This document shows positions 1-11,864 of a DNA stretch of 64,000 bases, piece after piece. The stretch lies in contig CAWEYN010000004.1 in NCBI GenBank assembly GCA_963813295.1, forward strand, positions 3,058 to 67,057, written 5' to 3'. How positions within the stretch are numbered: the stretch's first letter is position 1; the number at the start of each line of letters is the position of its first letter. Below the pieces are notes generated by a model. The model saw only the letters and a list, made by a program, of their open reading frames with translations, searched no databases and was not told where the DNA came from. The translations under genes were made by a program, and so were the position numbers. Source of the stretch: an uncultured Nitrospira sp. Its GTDB lineage: Bacteria; Nitrospirota; Thermodesulfovibrionia; Thermodesulfovibrionales; UBA6898.

Positions 1-647
1 CGCCTTTATAGGCCAGCTTATGATCACGATATGCGCGACCCTGATCGGTGTCCCTGTCGGAGTGCTTGGCGGGACATTTCTAGCCGAGTATGCGCAGAGG
101 CAGGACGATTGCGAGGATTATCAGTATTCTGGCTGATATTATGGTGAGCGTCCCTTCGATAGTTATTGGTACCTTCATCTATGCAATACTCGTAAAACCT
201 GTCGGCCACTTTAACGGATGGGCAGGTGCTGTTGCGCTTGCGATCATCATGGTCCCGGTTGTCCTCAGGACAACAGAGGATATGCTCTCCCTTGTACCGT
301 GGACAATAAGGGAGGCAGCCTTTGCCCTCGGTGCTCCTTACTATAAAGTGATTACCCAGGTGGTCTACCGTGCTGCTGCAACCGGTATCCTGACCGGCAT
401 TCTCCTTTCAATTGCCCGTGTTGCCGGAGAGACGGCGCCGCTGCTGTTTACGTCCTTCAACAATTCTTTTTACAGCCTCAATATGAATCAGCCGATCTCT
501 TCTCTTACAGTAACCATATTCCAGTATGCCATGGGACCTTATGACAGCTGGCATTCCCAGGCCTGGGCTGCAGCATTTGTTATCACGATATTCATTCTGT
601 TCCTTACAATCACAGGACGCTTAATCATAAAATGGAGGTATAAGTAG
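1..647 (+). CDS. pstA: Phosphate ABC transporter permease PstA, C-terminal part (5' end lies outside the window); apparent frameshift near nt 88-92
   Basis: Frame 2 from nt 2 reads [31 protein letters not shown]. Frame 3 (ORF 90..647) then continues [30 protein letters not shown], followed by TM segments typical of PstA. It is directly followed by pstB. Confidence 0.85.
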
Positions 648-1411
648 TGGCCGAATCAATTGAACTTGAGGTAAAGGATCTCGATTTTCATTATGCCGGA
701 AATATCCATGCCCTCAAAAAAATAAATCTTAAGGTTTATAAAAACACGGTAACGTCATTGATCGGCCCTTCCGGATGCGGGAAGACAACACTTCTTAGGT
801 GTTTCAACCGGATGCATGATCTATATCCCAATAACCGGTATGAAGGGGAGATACTCTTTCAAAGTGAGAATATCCTTGAAAAAAGGATTGACCTTATCAA
901 GCTCAGGAGCAGGGTAGGAATGGTCTTTCAAAAGCCGACCCCTTTTCCGATGAGTATCTTTGATAATATCGCCTATGGGCTGAAACTCAAGGGTATTTCA
1001 AAAAGGTCTGACCTGTCAGAAAAGGTCGAACGGGCGCTTAAACATTCGGCGCTATGGGACGAGGTAAAAGACAAACTCCATGCCAGCGCCTATGACCTTT
1101 CAGGCGGACAGCAGCAGAGACTTGTTATTGCACGGGCACTGGCGGTAAATCCTGAGGTGCTTCTCTTTGACGAGCCTACATCTGCACTTGACCCAATATC
1201 TACGGCCAAGATCGAGGAGCTGACTGAAACCCTGAAAAAAGAAGTGACAATAGTCATCGTGACCCATAATATGCAGCAGGCTGCCAGGATTTCAGACTGG
1301 ACAGGCTTCCTTATGCTGGGTGAACTGATAGAATACGACAGGACAGATAAAATATTTACCGCACCTTCGGAAAAACTGACCGAAGACTATGTTACGGGGA
1401 GGTTTGGCTAA
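647..1411 (+). CDS. pstB: Phosphate ABC transporter ATP-binding protein PstB
   Basis: 254-aa ORF with Walker [13 protein letters not shown] signature LSGGQQQRL and Walker [12 protein letters not shown]. The PstB-typical motif [23 protein letters not shown] is present. GTG start overlaps the pstA stop. Confidence 0.95.
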   Translation: MAESIELEVKDLDFHYAGNIHALKKINLKVYKNTVTSLIGPSGCGKTTLLRCFNRMHDLYPNNRYEGEILFQSENILEKRIDLIKLRSRVGMVFQKPTPFPMSIFDNIAYGLKLKGISKRSDLSEKVERALKHSALWDEVKDKLHASAYDLSGGQQQRLVIARALAVNPEVLLFDEPTSALDPISTAKIEELTETLKKEVTIVIVTHNMQQAARISDWTGFLMLGELIEYDRTDKIFTAPSEKLTEDYVTGRFG

Positions 1412-2071
1412 TGAGTGTTTTTGATGAAGAACTGCAAGGGCTAAAGGATAAGATTCTTAAAATGGGCTCCATGGTTGAGGACGCGATAAAGAATTCCAGT
1501 TCAGGCCCTTGTAGACAGGGACAATACCCTTGCCATAAATGTAATTGACAATGACCGGATTGTAAATACGCTCGATGTTGAGATAGACGAAGAAGCGATA
1601 CGTCTTATCGCCTTGCGGCAGCCAAAGGCAGGTGACCTCAGATTTATAACAATGGCCATGAAGATAACGACTGACCTTGAAAGAATGGGAGATCTTGCCG
1701 TCAACATAGCGGAACGGGCACTGGAACTTAATGATGAACCGATTTTGAAACCCTATATTGACATTCCAAAAATGAGATCGATTGCCCAGCGTATGACGCA
1801 GGACGCGCTTGATGCCTTTGTGCGTAAGGATAAACGACTCGCAAGGGACGTCATAATAAGAGATGATGAGGTGGACGACCTAAAGCAGATCGTATTGCAT
1901 GAACTTGCCTTATTCATGGTCAAGGACCCTACTACAGTGAACAGGGCGATGAAGATCAGCTTTGTCGCGCAGTATCTTGAACGTATTGCTGATCATGCAA
2001 CAAATATTGCTGAAATGGTCATTTACCTTGTTGATGGAAAGATAATCAGGCATATGGCTGATGCCTCCTGA
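1411..2071 (+). CDS. phoU: Phosphate uptake regulator PhoU; apparent 1-nt insertion at about nt 1498
   Basis: ATG at 1411 overlaps the pstB stop (TAATG). It reads [29 protein letters not shown]. The next frame then continues VQALVDRDNTLAINVIDNDRIVNTLDVEIDEEAIRLIALRQPKAGDLRF into ORF 1613..2071 (two PhoU repeats, DHATNIAE). Confidence 0.85.
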
Positions 2072-2606
2072 AAATATGTAAGGTAATAGTTCAGCCAGAC
2101 TTCAACGGTCAGCTTTCAGCAAGGAAAGGCTAAAAAGAAAATTACCAAGTTTTTCCAGAATACATGGAGCCTTCAATGGCGGGTCACCCATGCAGGGATA
2201 ATCGTAAAGTGCTGAGAGTCCGATTGCCAATCCTATTCATGCCGGTGTTGATGTTTGTGTGGATAAAAAGAGGAAGGCCAGAAAGGGAATCTAAATAATG
2301 CTGAAATACCGTTGCCCGTAAATAGAGCAGACGGCTTCCGGGGGCATGTCTTTCTTATTGCAGGATCGTTTCGAGCTTATTCTTATTATTATTTCCAGTT
2401 GCAACCTGCATTAATTCTATCCCCTTGTTTCGTATCAAGTTCTGTGAGGATGTCATTTTGTGGTGAACACCTGAAAGTCCGCAGTCATGCGGAAGAGAAC
2501 TGTCGGACTGCACGGGTTAGAATTTCCTAAAGAAGTCCTTCGATACATAGCGATTCCAGGGCGGATACCAGGTTATAGTGGTTGATGCGGATGCTTACCG
2601 GGTAAC

Positions 2607-5030
2607 TTACTTGATCAATATCCGGTCCATGATGACCGTGCCTCTGCTGACGGTCACCGGGCCGGAAATGATCGAAAGTGAAGACGGGCTGCTGTAGCCG
2701 CAGCCATATCCGCCTTGAAGTGTTATCGTAATGTCGGGGCTGCGGTCAAAATCCAGAGTGTCGCCAAAGGTCGTAGCTATGAGCCAGAGCGTATCGCCAG
2801 AATCTGCTGAAGCATAAGCATTTGAGGCGCCTCCGATGAAATCAAATGTGGCATTGGTGCGCGCGTTCTGCACCGGCTTATCGCCACAGGCCGAGAAAGA
2901 GGCCGAACAGGACTTAGGGCCGTCCAGTGTGAGCGTGGTGGTTAGATCTGTGCCTGCGCAATTGCCGCCCCAGGAGCTTAGGACATAGCCGCTGTCAGGT
3001 ATGGCTGTCAGCTGAAGCGACACGCCGCTGTTGTGCCAGCATCCTGCAAAACAGTCCGGAGCTATCGTGCCGTTGCTGCCGGCCGAGGTTGTCAGTGTAT
3101 ACTGCGTTGTGAAGTTAGCTGTATATGTCGTATCGACCAGAGGTGTAACATTGTGGCCCTGCGCACCGCCGTCGCTCCACGACGAAAAGACGTACCGGGT
3201 CCCCGCCGCCGTCCGCTTTGGGGAGAGTCCACGTTGACAGAGTGAGTGGAGGCCGTATCCCAGGTCGTGGACCATGGCGCAGCATGAGAACCGCCGTCAA
3301 CAATTACATCCCTGCCCGTTGGAGATGAATTAAACTGCACATTGACGGTAAGTGTCGAGCTGGCCGTTGCCCCCTGTGAGATGTTGCCTGCCGTGTCGTA
3401 GGCACAGACCCGGAAATAATAGGTCTGCCCGTTGGTCAGGCCGGTGGCGGTGGTCGAGGTACCTGTACCGAGATAGACCTGTGTGCCGTTGGTACACTGA
3501 GCATTGGGAGCGCTCCCGGTATTCCGCTTGACTATATACCTATTGGAGGATGCAAGGCCGCTTCCGCCGGTGTCGTAGGCAGCGTTCCAGCTCAGCGATG
3601 CCGACCCATTCCCCTTCGTAGCTGTCAGCGTGCCGTCAGTTGGAGCCGTACCGTCATAATAAAGAATAGTTGAACTGCGGTTTGCGCGGCTCTTGTTACC
3701 TGCGCCGTCTTGCAGCCAGACATAAATGGTCTGGCCGCCCTGGGCGGTTGTGGCGGCATTGAAGGGTTTGCTGGTGGTGTATGTGCCGTCGGTATCAATC
3801 GTCGGTACTGCTCCAATCTTGTACCATGCACCGGCGATATCCGATGGGTCTGAAGGATTCGTCCAGTTGATCGAGAAGTTATTGATATTCGTCCATGAAC
3901 CGGGTGTCGCAGTGAGGCTGATGGGGGCAGGAGGAGGAGTCGAATCGGTTGCCATTATCCAACCGATGTCCTCAAGGATGCCGAGGGTGACCGGACCGGG
4001 ATCATGGTCAGCTTCGTTTGAGCTAATGGAATACGTCATAAGGGCATTGGCTGTTCCGTTAAATATATCATCCAGATGGGCATAGCTTGATCCCGAAGAC
4101 CAGGCAGCCGGAGCATAAAGTTTCACATTGGAGCCGACATTTGCCGCCACAGCGTTAGGACCGTTGAAAAAAACGTTCCCGCTTCTCAGTTGGGTCCCCA
4201 GAGCGCTAGAGGGGTTCCCGAAATACGAGGGATTGATCAGGCTTCGGCCGAGATTGTCGACAGCGAAAAGGTCATACGACAGCCGGTCTGGAGCTCCAGC
4301 CCCAGCAGCCATATCCGCTTGTACCATTGCATTCAACACCATTGCCTGCATTGCCATCATCATAATCCATTGTCCCAAGAAACCCAAGCCCGTGGCATAT
4401 CTCATGCAAGACAACGCTCACAAAGTCAATATTCCCTGATCCAGGGTTGCCGTCAGTTCCATGGTACCAGTTGGTTCTGACGCTGTTAAAGGTCACGGCG
4501 ATTTCGGGAGTCCCGGAGCCATAATATGCGTCATTGATGTCAACCCCGCTCATGTCATTGGCGAGGGCCGCCGGATAGAAAGTATTTGCTAAAGGCGCGC
4601 CCGCAAAATTTATAAAATTGCCTATAGCCCCTCCATGACCGAGGATAGATCCACTGCCCATATTAGACCAGCAGGCCTCAATTACGATAGGCGCCGAAGA
4701 GTCCAGATATTCTGCCCAAATCCCAACCGCATAATTAAAGGCTGTTTGTGCGTCAGAAGGGAAGGTCAGGCATGCGTCACCCCAAAAACCGATCGAACCA
4801 TTTGTTTTATATACTACCGTGATATTGGCAGCCATAGGCCGGATGACATCAGGGTGCTCCTTGCGCGGAACACGGTGAGGCACTTCAATCGGGTCAAGCA
4901 CCAGCGGTACAGGACTGATGCCTGGCAGCATCACCGGCGCTCCCGCAGCAAAGGCTGATGCTGCGGGCATGATGAGCATACCAGAGACTATGAGAGCCAG
5001 CAGAAGGAAAAACTGTTTGGTCGATTTCAC
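2607..5030 (-). CDS. Secreted multidomain zinc metallopeptidase (HExxH) with FN3-like and beta-repeat domains; two apparent frameshifts (about 4300 and 3220)
   Basis: Three overlapping same-strand ORFs (4272..5030, 3092..4414, 2607..3275) join into one protein. The N-terminus has signal peptide MKSTKQFFLLLALIVSGMLIMPAASAFA and the zinc motif HEICHGLGF. The middle part has FN3-like repeats (LSWNAAYDTGGSGL, YYFRVCAYDTAGN). The C-terminal part has GTRYVFSSWSDGG / YTANFTTQYTLTT / GYVLSSWGG repeats. Confidence 0.7.
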
Positions 5031-5108
5031 TAAGCGCCTCCAAAATCCTTATCTCGAGTTTAACATAAACAAAGCAATTTATATATTATCTTTATCGGCA
5101 ACTTTCGG

Positions 5109-5144
5109 TCGGGCCTAAGTTATCAATCGGGCCTAAGCTATCAA
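5109..5144. repeat. Perfectly tandem 18-bp direct repeat (TCGGGCCTAAGYTATCAA x2), 79-114 nt upstream of the metalloprotease start
   Basis: 5109-5126 tcgggcctaagttatcaa is immediately followed by 5127-5144 tcgggcctaagctatcaa (17/18 identical). It lies in the 200-nt gap between the protease start (5030) and the RND-1 stop (5233). Confidence 0.7.
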
Positions 5145-5232
5145 TAATGGGTGACCCCGCCATGCAACTGTAAGGTAAAAGCAATGGGTGGCTTCTTCGG
5201 TCTGTCCGCCAATTTACAGTGAGGACTGTCGA

Positions 5233-8200
5233 TTACTTCCCTGCGCTGGGCCGCCGCCATTTTGTGAAGGCAAAGCCCAGGTCGTCCAAAAGTGAATAGA
5301 CGACAGGAGTGGCGATAAGGGTGAGAAGCAGAGAGAGCGTCTGTCCGCCGATCACAACGACTGCTATCACACGGCGCTCCTCTGAGCCAGGGCCGGTGCC
5401 TAAAGCCAGAGGGACCATACCGGCCACAAAGGTCAGCGTGGTCATGAGGATCGGCCTGAGCCGGTCGCGGTTGCCCTGCAAGATGGCAGCGGCACGTTCC
5501 ATGCCGGCAGCCCGCAGGTTGTTCATGTGGTCGATCTGCAAGATGGCATTTTTCTTTACCACTCCGAATAGCACCAGTATGCCAAGGGCGGAATAAAGGT
5601 TAAGCGAGTTGCCTGTGAGCCAGAGTGACAGAAGGGCAAAGGGAATTGTCAGCGGCAGCGACAGCAGAATAGTGAAGGGGTGGATGAGGTTTTCAAACTG
5701 GGAGGCAAGCATCATGTACATAAAGACCATTGAAAGGGCAAAGGCCCAGATGAATTCGCTGAATGTCCGTTCGAGCTCCCTTCCCCGGCCGGATACTGCT
5801 GTTGTGTAGGCAGAAGGCAGATTCATCTCTGAAACAGCAGCCCTCAGGGCCGCCAACCGGTCCGCCAGACCGTACCCCGGCGCAACCGATGCACGCAGGC
5901 GGACTTCCCTCTGCCGGTCGAGGCGGTCGATGCGTGAGGCGCTCTTGATCTGTTCGATCCGCGCCACGTTGTCAAGACGCACAAGACTGCCGTCATCACG
6001 GGACAAAAACAGCCGGCCTATGGTAGCGGGATTCGCGCGGTCCTCTTCCCGCAGCCGTAACTCAACGTCATAATCTTCGTTTAAAGCAGTATCCCGGAAC
6101 CGTGATACCTCCTGATCGCCCCCAACCAGGAGCCTGATCGCAGTGCCTACCCGGCCGGGATCGACTCCAAGATCGTCGGCCCTGGCCCTGTCGAGCTGGA
6201 TACGCAGCTCCGGCTTGTCCAGCTTGAGGGTCGTGTCTGCGTCCATGATGCCGAGGGCATCGGCCCTGGTCCGCAGGCTTTCAGCATAGGAATAGAGCGC
6301 ATTGAGGTCCGGCCCGCGCAGCACGAAGTCTATTTCGGCGTTGCCGCCGCCAATATTAAATCCTGTCAGGTTACGCACAGAGATCCTCAGGTCCCGGAAT
6401 TTTTTCAGCCGTTTCCGCACCTCCTGCATTATTTCTCCCTGGGAGATAATCTGCCGGAATGTGGCGAGGGGCCTGCCGGCAAGAGTGTTTTTTACAAGCA
6501 GCCCAAGGGAAAAGACACGCTCCTCGTGGGGTGCGAGCCGCACGTAGGTCCTGCCTTCGTTGACTCCTCCAATGAAGCCGCCTCCTGCAGTAGTCAGTAC
6601 AATCTGAACTCCCGGTATGTTCCGGATTTCTTTTCCTATTGCGAGCATGATCTCGTCCATAGCAGCCAGACTTGTGCCCTGGGGAGCTGTGACATTAACG
6701 TTAAACTCGCCTTCATCTACATTGCCCGGCAGATAATCCTGTTTAAGGACTTTATAAAGCGGTATGACAGACATGATGACCAGCAAGTGAAATCAGGACA
6801 ACGCGCAGCCGGTTACGCATGGCAAGGGCCAGCACCTTGCCGTACCCCTCGTCGAGCCATCGATAGAACCCGGACCGGGAGCGGGGGGGCTCTTCCTTTT
6901 TATCGCTATCACCGGATTGGGGTTTAACAGCGCGCAGCAGTCGCGCGCTCATCATCGGAGTGAGGGTAAAGGAAACGAGCAGGCTTACCATGACAGCCAC
7001 CGCGGCTGTGATCCCGAACTGATAGAGAAAGCGGCCCGAGATGCTCGACATAAAAGAAACCGGTATAAAGATAACAACGAGTGAAAGCGTTGTGGTCATG
7101 ACAGCAAGGCCGATGTCAGCAGTCGCAGCCTTTGCGGCCTCAAAGGGCTTCATGCCTTTTTCCTCTATAAAACGGAATATATTTTCAAGGACAACAATGG
7201 CGTCATCGATCACAACCCCTACCATCAGCACAAGTGCGAGCATGGTTACGCTGTTGAGCGTAAAATCCAGCGCGGCCATCATGCCGAAGGTCGAGACCAG
7301 CGAAGCCGGGATAGCCACAGCTGCGATCACGGTTGAACGCCAGTTGCGCATGAAGGCTAGTACGACCAGGGAGGCAAGGATGCTGCCGAGGATCAGGTGC
7401 ACGTTGATTTCGTGAAGCGCTGCATAGATATAGCGCGACTGGTCCTGGATCACTGTCAGCTCAAGCCCGGCCGGCAGTTCTCCCATGGAGGCCTTAAGAT
7501 TTTTCTTGACGCTCTCGATGACTGCAACTGTATTGGCCCCCGACTGTCTCCGGACTTCGAGGACGACTGTGGGAATACCGTTTAGTCTGGCTGTTGAGCG
7601 CTGCTCCTTGGAGCCGTCCTCTGCCCACCCGATATCGCGCAGCCTGATCGGTGCGCCATCAATGTTGGCTATTTCGAGGCTGTTAAAGGCCTGGGCGTCT
7701 TTCAGCCGGCCGATTGTCCGAAGTGTCTCTTCACGTGGGCCGCGGGTCACGTTGCCGCCGGCAGAATCAGTGTTTTGGCGGACTATGGCGTCGCGCACGA
7801 GGGTAATCGGGAGCCTGTAAGCCTCCAGCCGGTCCGCCTCCACCCAGATGTTCATGGCACGGTTCAGGCCGCCAACAAGCCGCACCTCGCCCACCCCGTC
7901 AGAACGCTCCAGACGCACCTTTACGACCTTGTCGGCCAGTTCGGTCAGCTCACGCAGTGTACGTTCACCCGAAAGGGCGATAGTAAGCACAGGCTGAGAG
8001 TCATTATCTGATTTGGCTATGAGAGGCGGTGTTGCGTCATCAGGAAGGTCTCTGAGAACTGTAGCTACGCGGTCCCTTACGTCCTGCGTCAGCTGTGTCT
8101 ATGTCACGGTTGAGGTTGAAGGTAACAATAACATTGGAAGTTCCGGGCCCGGAGATCGAACGCAGTTCATCGATGCCTTCGATGGTGTTGACCGCCTCCT

Positions 8201-8405
8201 CTATGCGCTTGGAGATTTCGGTCTCAATCTCTTCTGTAGAGGCCCCTGGCAGTTGCGTGCGGATACTGACGGTCGGGAGATCGACAGAGGGAAAGCGGTC
8301 GACACCGAGACGGACGTAGCTTGCTCCACCAACAACACAGAGCGCCAAAATAAGCATTGCCGCAAAGATCGGGCGGCGTATACAGATTTCAGCAAGTTTC
8401 TGCAC
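5233..8405 (-). CDS. RND (AcrB/HAE1-type) efflux permease, operon 1; two apparent frameshifts (about 8089 and 6780)
   Basis: ORFs 8040..8405 ([22 protein letters not shown]), 6752..7990 and 5233..6786 are consecutive parts of one 12-TM pump. Removing one nt at about 8089 restores [49 protein letters not shown]. The second junction reads [11 protein letters not shown]|[19 protein letters not shown]. Confidence 0.85.
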
Positions 8406-8413
8406 AAACGTCC

Positions 8414-9610
8414 TATTGTTTCACTGAAACAGGTTCTCCGCCGCTGAGATTTCCCGGCTCGGCCACTATCAGATCTCCGGCGAGCCAGGCCTTCAAGGAC
8501 TTCCACCTTGTCTGCTGCACGGCGTCCTGAACGGATTCTGCGTTCTATTGCGCGGCCCTGTTTCTCTGCAAGCACCTTTTCGATGCCGGCAAAGGTGACG
8601 ATCGCAGAGGCAGGAGCCAGAACAACCTGCTGTTGTGCATCGATAAGTATTTCGGCTGTTGCGAATGAGCCGGCCCTGAGTCTGCCTTGTCTGTTGTCCA
8701 CCTCGGCTTCAACAGTGAGCGTGCGGTTCTGTTTCTCAAGCACAGGACTTAAACGTACCACGCGCCCTGTATGTTCGGCCGGGTCTCCTTCGACCCTGAC
8801 GCGGGTCACCTGCCCGACCCGTATGACTGCTGCATCCCGTTCCGGCACTGAGACTTTGAGACGCAGGGGGTGAGTCCGGACTATAACAGCTATGGGCGAA
8901 CCTGCGGGCAGAAACTCGCCAACCGAGGTCTTTCGCTCCCTGACAGCGCCATCTATGGGAGCGTAGAGCGTGGCATCTGCCAACTGCTGGCGGGACAGTG
9001 CAAGCTCGCTTTTCCGCTGCCCCAGGAGGGCCTGACGGTCGCGGACCTCCTCGATACTTGCCTGATAGCGGCTTTCTGCCACGAGCAGACGTGATACTGC
9101 CGAGTCAAAGTCCATCTTTGAGATATAATTCTTCTCATGCAGTTTTTCCGCGCGTTCACGGTTCAGACGGGCCTCATCCAGGACTGCCCGGGCCTCCCTG
9201 ACAGGCGCTGTTTTTTCAGGGTCCACACGGTCGTCGGACCCGTCAGGAGAAAGTCCCAGCCTCGCACGCGTCTGACGCAGGGCAGCCTCTGCCTGTTCAA
9301 TCCTGAGCAGAAAATCAGTCGGGTCGAGCCGCGCAATTACCTGGTTCTTGCTTATTGCACTGCCAAGGTCAAATGCAATTTCGCTGATCCTTCCCGAGAC
9401 CTTGAAACTGGCGACCACCTCTTCATCGGCGGCGAGTGTGCCGGTAACGGTAACTGTGCGGGGCAGGCTTCCTCTTTCGACCGAAACAAGACGGACCGAC
9501 CGCGGGGCCCTGGTTTTTGGGGCTTCGGTGGCTTTTGTTTTTCCGCATCCGACGACGGTTAACCCAACCACCAGGATGGCTGACAGCCCAATAAATATGT
9601 TTTTTCGCAT
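8414..9610 (-). CDS. RND membrane-fusion (periplasmic adaptor, HlyD/AcrA family) lipoprotein, operon 1; frameshift near 8465
   Basis: Lipobox LTVVGCG, coiled-coil hairpin and beta-barrel segments. After VEVLEGLA the conserved tail [21 protein letters not shown] is in another frame, giving a stop at 8414, 8 nt before the RND GTG start at 8405. The long tail of ORF 8201..9610 is out-of-frame read-through. Confidence 0.85.
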
Positions 9611-9787
9611 TTTACTTTTTTCAGACCTCGCCGGATTATTTCCGGCTGACGATATAGCAACGACTAAAGGTTAATCGGCTGGTTCTTCACCTGAAATAGG
9701 AAGCCATTTCCCAAATGCAAGTGAAATTTAGCATGGCGGAACACGAAAAAGCAAGACTGTTTCCCGTTATTATCGCGGTGAATCCTG

Positions 9788-9816
9788 TTGACTTGATTTT
9801 CGGGAGTGTTTATACT
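9788..9816 (+). promoter_or_regulatory. Sigma70-type promoter of tetR (TTGACT-17 nt-TATACT); the ATG begins 6 nt after the -10, so the transcript is probably leaderless
   Basis: ttgact at 9788-9793, a 17-nt spacer, tatact at 9811-9816, and ATG at 9822. There is no Shine-Dalgarno sequence in between. Confidence 0.5.
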
Positions 9817-9821
9817 GAACA

Positions 9822-10533
9822 ATGGTTCAGGTGAACAAGCGTTCAGGCTTAAAAACAAAGGAAAAGATCCTCGATGTGGCCATGCAGGTCTTTTCGACCC
9901 ACGGGTACGAAGGCGCCAGTATCAGGGCTATCGCCAAGGCAGCCGGCATCAGCATCGGAGGGGTGTACCTTTATTTCAGGAACAAGGAAGAACTCTACCT
10001 CAATCTGATCAAGGACCGGATTGAAGAACAGGTCCTGTATGACAAAGGAGGCGGTCGCATCTGCCGGGTCACCCGAGGACGGGCTCCGGGCTTTTCTTTC
10101 TCTTCATCTCCAATACGGCATCAAAAATAAGGAACTGATTCTGATAAATATCAGGGAGCACGGGTTTGGCTTTGGCAGGGACGTTAAGCGGAAGTTCTTG
10201 CGCAGCCAGATCGAGCTGCTGATGAATATCCTTAATAAAGGGATCACTGAACGGGTATTTCGGGAATGTAATACTGAAGAGGCCTCAAGGATCATTATGG
10301 CAACACTAAGGGGCATTGTGCTTTCGATGGTTTTGGAAGGCGAGAGTGTCATAACGGAAAGCGGTCTTGGTGATCTTATAATCAGGGGGCTTTTAAGGAC
10401 TGACAAGGAAGATTTCCGTGGCAAGATTAGCAGAGAATCAGAAGAAAGAAGATTGATGAGTTCTCAAAGGAATCGTACATTTTTAAAGCATAATAGGACT
10501 ATTTGTGAAACTATCAAAATTTATATACAGTGA
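9822..10533 (+). CDS. TetR/AcrR-family transcriptional repressor; frameshift near 10035
   Basis: N-terminal HTH KEKILDVAMQVFSTHGYEGASIRAIAKAAGISIGGVYLYFRNKEELY. ORFs 9822..10130 and 10021..10533 join at DRIEEQ|SCMTKEAVASAGSPEDGLRAFLSLHLQYG. It sits between two RND operons. Confidence 0.8.
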
Positions 10534-10549
10534 AAGAACGAGGTTATCT

Positions 10550-11864
10550 ATGAAAGATTATAACAGGAGAAATCAAACACCCTCTGCTTCAAACCAGCAG
10601 ACAGGAGGTATATGGCAGGGCCTGTTCGCTGGAATCTTCCTTGCCTTATGCGTGGTGTCTTTTCTGTCCGGCTGTTCAAAGAAGGCAGAGCCGCCCAAGA
10701 TGATGCCTGCGGCACCGGTGACTGTTGAGACAGCCTCCAAAAGGAGTGTGCCGATGCAGCTGCACGCAATAGGCAATGTCGAGCCCAATACAACAGTTGG
10801 CATAAAGGCCCAGATAGGCGGGACCCTGGCCAAGGTCCACTTTACAGAGGGGCAGGACGTGCAGAAGGGGAGCCTCCTCTTTACTATAGACCCCCGGCCT
10901 TTTCAGGCTGCCTTGAAGACAGTCTGAGGCCACCCTTGCAAGAGACAGGGCGCAATACGAAAACACGAAAAAGGATGCCAGCCGCTATGCAGAACTGGTC
11001 AAAAAGGGATACGTCTCCCAGGAGCAGTACGAGCAGCTCAGGACGAATGCCGATGCGCTTGAATCAGTTGTCCAGGCTGACTTGGAACAGGTAGAAAATG
11101 CGAAACTCCAGCTGCAGTACTGTTTTATCCATGCGCCTGTCAGCGGCCGCACAGGCAACCTGCTTTTACATGAGGGCAATCTCGTCAAGGCCAATGCCGA
11201 TACCCCGATGGTGGTGATCAACCAGATACAGCCGGTAAACGTGACCTTTTCAGTGCCTGAGAAATACCTCACCGAGGTCAGGAAGTACATGACCGGGAGG
11301 AAGCTCGGGGTTGAGGCCTTTCTCTCGGCAGAAGACAAGGACCCTGCAAAGGGCAGTCTGAGTTTTATTGACAATACAGTGGATACGTCAACAGGGACGA
11401 TCATGATGAAGGCCTCCTTCCCCAACCAGGACAGGCGTCTGTGGCCCGGCCAGTTTGTCAATGTGGTCATGACCCTTACAGTACAGCAGGACGCGATTGT
11501 TGTCCCCTCGGCAGCGGTGCAGACCGGCCAGCAGGGCCAGTTTGTGTATGTGGTGAAGGGGGACAAGGCAGAGCTTCGGCCGGTCACTGCAGGGGTTGAC
11601 TACGAGGGGATGACGGTCATAGACAAAGGAATTGCCTCTGGTGAGCAGGTGGTCACCGATGGCCAGATCCGGCTTTCGCCGGGTGCGAAGATTGCGATCA
11701 GGACGCCAGGCCAGCAGGGACAGGCTGCTCCGGCAGCAGGTCCCGGCGTCGACCCAGCGCCTGCGCACAGGATCAACGCCTGCGGCATCAGACCAACGCC
11801 TGCGGCACCAGGACCAGCACCTGCGGCACCCGGCCCAGCGCAGAAGGGCAGCACCAAACCATGA
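10550..11864 (+). CDS. RND membrane-fusion (adaptor) lipoprotein, operon 2; 1-nt insertion at about 10919
   Basis: Lipobox FLSGCSK. ORF 10505..10927 ends FQAALKTV*. Removing a10919 gives FQAALKQSEATLARDRAQYENTKKDASRYAELVKKGYVSQEQYEQLRTNADALESVVQADLEQVENAKLQLQYC, which runs into ORF 11082..11864. The C-terminus is an Ala/Pro-rich tail. Confidence 0.85.

Noticed and set aside
2440-2525. The GAAAGTCCG word and the hairpin AGTCCGCAG...CTGTCGGACT in the phoU/protease gap might be an RNase P RNA-like motif or a small RNA.
   Set aside because: None of the other universally conserved RNase P blocks (GGUGAAAGGGUGCGGUAAGAGCGCACC, ACAGAANCCGGCUUA) are present. The hairpin alone is not diagnostic.
2176-5163. 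A 16-17-nt near-palindromic word, ATGGCGGGTCACCCAT (2176-2191), and its inverted copy ATGGGTGACCCCGCCAT (5147-5163) flank the metalloprotease gene. They could be terminal inverted repeats of a mobile cassette.
   Set aside because: One gapped 16-mer match in either orientation is roughly what chance predicts for all pairwise comparisons in 64 kb. No target duplication or other mobile-element feature supports it.
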